DNA of 64,000 bases from Gemmatimonadales bacterium (GTDB lineage Bacteria; Gemmatimonadota; Gemmatimonadetes; Gemmatimonadales; GWC2-71-9): NCBI GenBank assembly GCA_037189525.1, contig JBBCJC010000002.1:1056001-1120000 (forward strand). Reading direction: 5' to 3'. The notes under the pieces are model-generated. The model saw nothing but the letters and a program-made list of their open reading frames with translations. It did no database searches and was not told where the DNA came from. Shown here piece by piece: positions 58,346 to 64,000 of this stretch; the stretch's first letter is position 1; each line of letters begins with the position of its first letter. The position numbers and the translations under genes were made by a program.

Positions 58346-59635
58346 CTAACGCAGGGCGAGATTGGGATTGTTGCGGCGTTCGATGTCGGGCAGCGGGAAA
58401 CAGGTCATCGTGCCGTAGCTCCCGCCCTGGCGGAAAGGCGTTCCCGCCGCGGGCCGGAACGGCTGGTTGAGCCGGATCAGATCGCCCAGCCGATGTGATT
58501 CCAGGAAGAGCTCGCGGCGCCGTTCCTCCAGCAGGGCGGATCGGACGGCCTCGACGGTCTGTCCACCGGAGTAGTTCGGCAGATCGGCCGCGTCGCGCAG
58601 TTCGTCGATGATGGCAATCGCCCCGGTCGGGTCGTTTGCCGCCAGTCGCGCTTCCCCGATAATGATGCGGGCTTCGGCCCATCGCGCGATCGGCATCGGA
58701 CTCGATGGCGCGGCATACTTGTTCGGCGTGACGAGCTGATTCCCGTTCAATGTCGTCTGGCCGGTATGGGTCAGGGCAACGCGCGGGTCGGGAGTACCGT
58801 CGATCGAGAGATGCCAGTAGAAGGAGTCGACAGCTGCGCGGCTTTCGATGCGGATCCACTGGTGGAGCTGGTTGGTCGATCGCCAGTTGGCGCCGGCAAA
58901 CCGGGCCTGGCGGACAAACCCGGCTGGAATCGCCGCGGCGTCAGCGGCCGCGTCATTGTGACGGCCGAGATTGAGGCGGGTTCGGGCGCGCCCCAGTCGG
59001 GCAAAGTTGGCGAGGTTCGGATCGTTCGCGGCGGTGGCCTCCGCAATCGCGGCGGTGAACTTGGCCTCGGCCGCTGCCCACGCCGCGGGGCGCGACAGTT
59101 CCGGTCCCGTATCGATCGCCAGCGAACACATGGCCTCGCCCAGCAGGAGGATGCTGTACGCTTCGTACGCAGACGTCTCGGCCAGCAAGGCTGCGCGACG
59201 AGGCACTTCGGTGTCGCTCCATCCGGTCAGCAACTCATGGGCACGATAGTTACCGAAGCGGGCAGTGGACAGCGACGCGTAGACGCCGATCTCGCCCCCC
59301 GCGCCGGTCGAACACGGCGCCGTACCGTATGTTCCGCCCACTTCCGTAAAGGTCCGGCGTTCGTAGTCGAAGCTGTTGTTGTCGCCCCAGGCAACTTCGT
59401 CGGCGACCAGTCCGCCGGCAAGAGTGTAGTTCGAGAAGGCACAGTCGAAATCGTTGACGGCGCTGCGGACCAGGAGTTCGGCGTTGGCCGGCGTCTCCAG
59501 ATCCGATGCGAGAACCTGGTCGACACTGGTTACTTCGAGCAATCCGTCGAAGATCGAGCAGGCCGACAAGGTGGCGGTCAGCAGACAGAGCGCGGCTCCC
59601 CGGCGGGATGCGGCGCGGAAGCGTCGTGATGGCAT
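58346..59635 (-). CDS. RagB/SusD family outer membrane lipoprotein
   Basis: Lipobox LSAC, EERRRELFLESHRLGDLIR and PLPDIE..NNPN. Confidence 0.9.
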   Translation of the reverse strand: MPSRRFRAASRRGAALCLLTATLSACSIFDGLLEVTSVDQVLASDLETPANAELLVRSAVNDFDCAFSNYTLAGGLVADEVAWGDNNSFDYERRTFTEVGGTYGTAPCSTGAGGEIGVYASLSTARFGNYRAHELLTGWSDTEVPRRAALLAETSAYEAYSILLLGEAMCSLAIDTGPELSRPAAWAAAEAKFTAAIAEATAANDPNLANFARLGRARTRLNLGRHNDAAADAAAIPAGFVRQARFAGANWRSTNQLHQWIRIESRAAVDSFYWHLSIDGTPDPRVALTHTGQTTLNGNQLVTPNKYAAPSSPMPIARWAEARIIIGEARLAANDPTGAIAIIDELRDAADLPNYSGGQTVEAVRSALLEERRRELFLESHRLGDLIRLNQPFRPAAGTPFRQGGSYGTMTCFPLPDIERRNNPNLALR

Positions 59636-59679
59636 GAGATCTCCGGTCGGCATCGTAGGTGCGTCGTATCGTGTGGTCA

Positions 59680-62637
59680 TCAGAACGAGAGCCGAACCGC
59701 GCCGACGATCCGCGTGAGCGGCGGTGTATTGGCGTAGCTGGTGGCGCTGAAGACGTCCATCACGGCGATGTTGGTCTCGGGGTCGATCCCGGTAAAGTCG
59801 GTCCAGGTTCCCAGGTTGTACGCCGACAGCGTGACCGAACCACGCGCGGCGCCCAGCCGGCGAACCCATCGCTCCGGCAGGGAGTAGTTGGCCGAGACTT
59901 CGCGCAGCTTGGTGTAGCTGGCATCGGACAGGGCATAGTTGAGCGAGCTCCGCATCTGCGCGCCCGCAACTTCGGTCGTCTTGAACGCGCCCGGTTCGTG
60001 GAGCTGACGGCAGGTGCTGCTCTCGGCGCAGCGACCCGACATGTCGCCGTCGATCATCCAGCGGCCGCGGCTGATTTCGACCATGGCCGAGAGCCGAAGG
60101 CGGTTGAAGAGGGTCAGGGTCGGCGTAAGCGAGCCGGTCGTGGTGGGAAGACTGCGCTGGTGGAAGACGGCAGGTGCGGAGCTACAGGCAACCCCGCCGC
60201 CGCTGCCGTTGTCGCACAGAATGTTGACGGCATCTCCGTTTGCGTTGATGTCGGCCGAGATAACCTTGGGACCGAACCACGACGCGACGGGATAGCCGAC
60301 CTGATGCCGCAGGTTGCCGAGGGCGATGAAGCCGTTCGGGTTGCCGACCTCGAGCACCTCGTCGCTGTTGTGCGCTACGCTGGCCATGAGTTCCAGCGCA
60401 GCGGGGCGCGTTTCGATCAACTGGGTACGGACCTGCAGTTCGAATCCGCGATTCTGGATCTTGCCGAGGTTGGCCAGGCGGGTGCCGGGGAATCCGGCCG
60501 AGGGCGCCAGCTCCTGCGCAACGATCGCGTCACGGGTCGTCTTGTGGTACCAGGTGAAGTCGATCCCGACGCGTTCGTCCAGCAGTCCGGCTTCGAAACC
60601 GGCCTCGAGTTCGACGCCGCGTTCGGGCCGGAGATCGGGGTTGCCGAGCGCTGAGGGGGTAACCGTCGGGTTGCCGTCGCCGCCGGTGGTGGGCAGATAA
60701 CGCCGCAGCGCCGCAAAGGCGGCCGGCTGCTGGCCCGATTGTCCGTAGCTTGCGCGAAGCCTCAGCATGTTGATCAGGTTGGCGGGACCGAACGGTTCGT
60801 CGCTCACCACCCAGGCCAGGCCGACCTTGGGATAGACCGCGGCGTCGAAGTCCGACCCGAAGGCGCTGTTGTCATCGGCCCGCAGCCCGGCGGTCAGGAA
60901 CAGGCGTCGCTGCCAGGCCAGCTGCTGCTGGATGAAAGTGCCGACCGTCGTGTTGTTGATGACGCCGTCTTCGCTGACGGAGGTTCGAGCTGTCGACGAG
61001 AGCGCTTCGAGCCCGCTGGTCGGGAACGCATCGCCACGGGCCGTTTTCCGGCTCTCGACTCGCCGATACAGCTGCAGACCTACCGAGGTCTGTGACTCGA
61101 TCGATCCCAGCTGGACGGTGGCGGTACTGGCAAAGTCCACCGTCGCGGTGCGGGCGCTGCGATCCTGGATCGTCTTGCTGCCTGCGCCCAGCCCGCCACC
61201 GAACACGGCCAGCAACCGGTCGCCCATGCGGGGGATCAGATTGATGTTGTTCTCGTCGATCCGATCGATGCCCAGATTGAGGCGCTGGCTGAGCCAGCTG
61301 GCCGGCCGGTGTTCGAACTGCAGCCCACCGGTGACGCGGTCGAGTCCCTGGGAAAAGAAGAACGCCTCCTGCCAGTCGCGCGGCGCGCCGAAGATCCAGC
61401 CTCCGCCCGGCGTATCCGCCTCTGCCGGCTGCGCATGGATCAGCGACCAGACCGGACCGCCGAAGCCGCCGTCCGCGGGAAAGTTCGTCAATCCGGTCAG
61501 GTAGCCCACGTTCGCCGTGACGCGCAGCGAGGGCATCGGTGTGGCGGACAGATTGAGACGGCCACCCGTTCTCCGCATGTCGTTGGTCGGATCGATCCCT
61601 TCCTGGCGCTCGAAGTTGCCGCTCAGGAAATACTGCAGCGCGTCGGTACCTCCGCTGACGTTGAGCCCGTAGGTCTGGTTGTGGCCGGTGCGGAACGGCG
61701 ACCGCCCCGCGGCTTCCTCCCGTTCGACGAAGTTGAACGAGAACGGTTGCCCCGCCGCGTTGCGTCCCCAGCCTGGCCCGATCCGTTCGGCTGGGTTGGC
61801 AAACCAGCTGGCTCCTTGCGTCGTCACCGCGTCCCAGACGGCGCGCGGCCCTCGGCGGCCGCGCTTGGTGATGATCTGGATCACGCCGTTGGCGGCCTCG
61901 GTACCGTACAGCGTAGCTGCCGATGGACCCTTGACGATCTCCATGCTCTCGATGTCTTCGGGATTGAAGTCGTTGAGCCGGGACACGATGGCCACGGATC
62001 GCCCGACCGGGCCGCTCCCGGTAGTGTTGTCGACCCGAACGCCGTCGACGTAGAGCAGCGGCTGGTCGGTCAGGGACAGGCTCGCGACCCCGCGAACTTT
62101 GACACGCGGTCCGCCGCCCACCACGCCGCCGGGCTGAATCGCGACGACGCCAGCTGCGCGACCCTGCAGCAGGTCGGTGACCGAACGGGTCGGCGCGATC
62201 TCGGCAACACCGGAGACGTCCACCGTCGAAACCGAGTTGGACAGCGCCCGCCGTTCGGTGGCGCCCGGCGTGCCGGTGACGATCACTTCTTCGAGGTTGA
62301 TGGCCGTGGCCGCCATCGCAATGCGAATGCTCTGGTCGCCGGCGCGAATTCGCTGCACGATCGGCCGGTATCCGATCCGGCGCGCCGAGAGTTCGATCTC
62401 CGTGCCTGACAGGTTATCGAATCGAAAACGTCCCGCCCGATCGGTGACCGTCGAAACGCCGCCGGCGGACACGACCACATCCGACAACGGTTGGAGCGAC
62501 TGACCGTCGACCACGACGCCCGCTGTCGGCGCCGGTTGCGGCGTGGCGGCATCCAGGGGGGCCGCGCCGGCAAGGCACAGCCATCCCAGGATGGTGATGG
62601 ACAGGCGAAGACGCCCCTGACCCAGTGGCGCTGACAT
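59680..62637 (-). CDS. SusC/RagA family TonB-linked outer membrane protein
   Basis: PLLYVDGVR, DIESMEIVKGPSAATLYGTEAANGVIQIITK, GNPDLRPER and a terminal Phe. Confidence 0.93.
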   Translation of the reverse strand: MSAPLGQGRLRLSITILGWLCLAGAAPLDAATPQPAPTAGVVVDGQSLQPLSDVVVSAGGVSTVTDRAGRFRFDNLSGTEIELSARRIGYRPIVQRIRAGDQSIRIAMAATAINLEEVIVTGTPGATERRALSNSVSTVDVSGVAEIAPTRSVTDLLQGRAAGVVAIQPGGVVGGGPRVKVRGVASLSLTDQPLLYVDGVRVDNTTGSGPVGRSVAIVSRLNDFNPEDIESMEIVKGPSAATLYGTEAANGVIQIITKRGRRGPRAVWDAVTTQGASWFANPAERIGPGWGRNAAGQPFSFNFVEREEAAGRSPFRTGHNQTYGLNVSGGTDALQYFLSGNFERQEGIDPTNDMRRTGGRLNLSATPMPSLRVTANVGYLTGLTNFPADGGFGGPVWSLIHAQPAEADTPGGGWIFGAPRDWQEAFFFSQGLDRVTGGLQFEHRPASWLSQRLNLGIDRIDENNINLIPRMGDRLLAVFGGGLGAGSKTIQDRSARTATVDFASTATVQLGSIESQTSVGLQLYRRVESRKTARGDAFPTSGLEALSSTARTSVSEDGVINNTTVGTFIQQQLAWQRRLFLTAGLRADDNSAFGSDFDAAVYPKVGLAWVVSDEPFGPANLINMLRLRASYGQSGQQPAAFAALRRYLPTTGGDGNPTVTPSALGNPDLRPERGVELEAGFEAGLLDERVGIDFTWYHKTTRDAIVAQELAPSAGFPGTRLANLGKIQNRGFELQVRTQLIETRPAALELMASVAHNSDEVLEVGNPNGFIALGNLRHQVGYPVASWFGPKVISADINANGDAVNILCDNGSGGGVACSSAPAVFHQRSLPTTTGSLTPTLTLFNRLRLSAMVEISRGRWMIDGDMSGRCAESSTCRQLHEPGAFKTTEVAGAQMRSSLNYALSDASYTKLREVSANYSLPERWVRRLGAARGSVTLSAYNLGTWTDFTGIDPETNIAVMDVFSATSYANTPPLTRIVGAVRLSF

Positions 62638-62850
62638 CGATGTTCCCTCCGGTGCGAGCAGGTGGTACGAACGGGAGATCTGCGCCGCGGACGCGGTCCG
62701 CAGGTCCGAGAAGGAATTCAATATCCGTCTCGCTCGCGCCTACCGTCTTGCACGCTTACACGGGGGGTTGGTACGGGAACCGGGTTGGGTGGATGCGACC
62801 GAGCCCCCGGAGCCAACCTGGCGTTCGAGGGCTCGGAAAAGGCGCGGCGC

Positions 62851-64000
62851 TCAGTCGTCGAAGCTGTAGCGGACCGTGGGAAACTCGGCGGCCAGCTCCC
62901 CCACGGCCGCGGCGACCACACTGCTCGAACTCTCGTGGCGGACGACCCGGCTGATCAGGCGCGCGATCCGGATCATCTCGGGTTCCTTCATCCCCTGGCG
63001 AGTCACCTCCTGCACCGAAATCCGGGTGCCGAGTTCGGCCTCGCCGTCGATCCCGTCGGGTAAGTTGGTCACCGGGAGGAGGATGTTGGCTGCCTCGCAG
63101 GCCAGGGCGATCGATCGTGCCCCGTACGCGCGCAGGTCAACCAGCACCTGATGAGTTCGGGTGAACCCGCGCGCCCCGCCCAGCACGTCGAACCCTTCCT
63201 CGGACAGTGCGACCGCGAGAGCCTGGGCGTTGGCGACGATCTGCCGAGCATAGGCCGGCCCGTGTTCGAGCATTTCGGCAAAGGCGTATGCGGTAGCCGC
63301 GTAGTGGCTCTGGTCGTGGGTCTGCACGAAGGGCGGAAAGGTGAGCGCCAGCATGCGCCGGGCGACTTCAGCGTCGTTGGTGACGCTCAACCCGCCGATC
63401 GGTCCGCCCATGATCTTGTGCGTTCCGGTCGCCATGATGTCGGCGCCTTCGGCCAGCGGGTCCTGGAACTGGCCGGCCGATATCAACAAGCTCACGTGCG
63501 CCGCGTCATAGAGGATCCGGGCGCCGACTTCGTCCGCGATCTGTCGCAGCTCGGCCAGCGGATACGGAAAGAGGATTTTGGTGCCGCCGATCACGAAGAA
63601 CTTGGGCCGAACCCGCCGGGCAATCGGCGCCAGGGCCTCCACGTCGATCCCGAAATGATCGGCGGCCGGAATCGGTTCCACCCGTAAGCCGCGCAGCTTG
63701 GGGATCGCCATCGCGTTGTAATTCCAGTTGGCGCCGCCCCGCATACTCTGGGTCATGATGGTGTCGCCGGGCTCGGTCAGCGCAAAGAGCGCCACGGCAT
63801 TCGCCATCGTGGTGCTGGTGGTGCGCCACTCGACATACTCGGCCCGGAAGAGCCGGCGGCAGATCGAAATCAGGATCGCTTCGATCTCATCGATGTGGGC
63901 GTCGTGGCCGCGAGGCCACTCCTTGGCGCCGGGGAAACCCTCGGTTGCGCGAGTTGCCAGGTAACTCGATCGCAGCGAGCGGGCGCCCAGGCTGGTGGTG
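62851..64000 (-). CDS. Divergent serine hydroxymethyltransferase-fold PLP enzyme (5' end beyond window)
   Basis: YDAAH and GTHKIMGGPIGG (PLP lysine); the frame stays open to the window edge and reads EGFPGAKEW. Confidence 0.8.
   Translation of the reverse strand, partial: TTSLGARSLRSSYLATRATEGFPGAKEWPRGHDAHIDEIEAILISICRRLFRAEYVEWRTTSTTMANAVALFALTEPGDTIMTQSMRGGANWNYNAMAIPKLRGLRVEPIPAADHFGIDVEALAPIARRVRPKFFVIGGTKILFPYPLAELRQIADEVGARILYDAAHVSLLISAGQFQDPLAEGADIMATGTHKIMGGPIGGLSVTNDAEVARRMLALTFPPFVQTHDQSHYAATAYAFAEMLEHGPAYARQIVANAQALAVALSEEGFDVLGGARGFTRTHQVLVDLRAYGARSIALACEAANILLPVTNLPDGIDGEAELGTRISVQEVTRQGMKEPEMIRIARLISRVVRHESSSSVVAAAVGELAAEFPTVRYSFDD

Noticed and set aside
1..64000. CRISPR arrays, tRNA/rRNA genes, IS elements, prophage
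   Set aside because: No regularly spaced repeats, RNA gene signatures, transposase, integrase or phage genes were recognised by eye; covariance-model searches were not run.

Overview
High-GC bacterial window with dense coding and about 56 CDS. SusC/SusD-type genes in a high-GC background, plus many secreted peptidases and amidohydrolases, suggest Gemmatimonadota; this is an inference only. Left to right the window holds: a secreted hydrolase cluster; a DUF4160/DUF2442 toxin-antitoxin-like pair; an orphan DNA-repair-type radical SAM gene with a repeat-bearing promoter; aqpZ; a TPR plus S41 protease pair; thyA-folA; a tightly coupled operon of two Ddl-like ATP-grasp ligases, a GNAT and a lysine 2,3-aminomutase, followed by an ornithine cyclodeaminase homolog; an M23 peptidase; a GntR/ABC unit; an approximately 15 kb catecholate (DHB-Ser, enterobactin-like) siderophore synthesis and uptake cluster with a Fur-like box; a ThrE exporter; a CxxC/RAPP leader ORF ahead of a metal-type TonB-dependent receptor and a His-rich lipoprotein; a GAF-only protein and copZ; a mycobacterial Sdh1-like succinate dehydrogenase operon; ndh-queG; a SusCD pair; and a divergent SHMT-fold enzyme cut by the window end. 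No rRNA, tRNA, CRISPR array or transposase was recognised. The best candidates for poorly described systems are the beta-lysine/ATP-grasp/GNAT operon and the RAPP-leader-controlled metal uptake locus. All calls come from reading motifs by eye; no searches were run.
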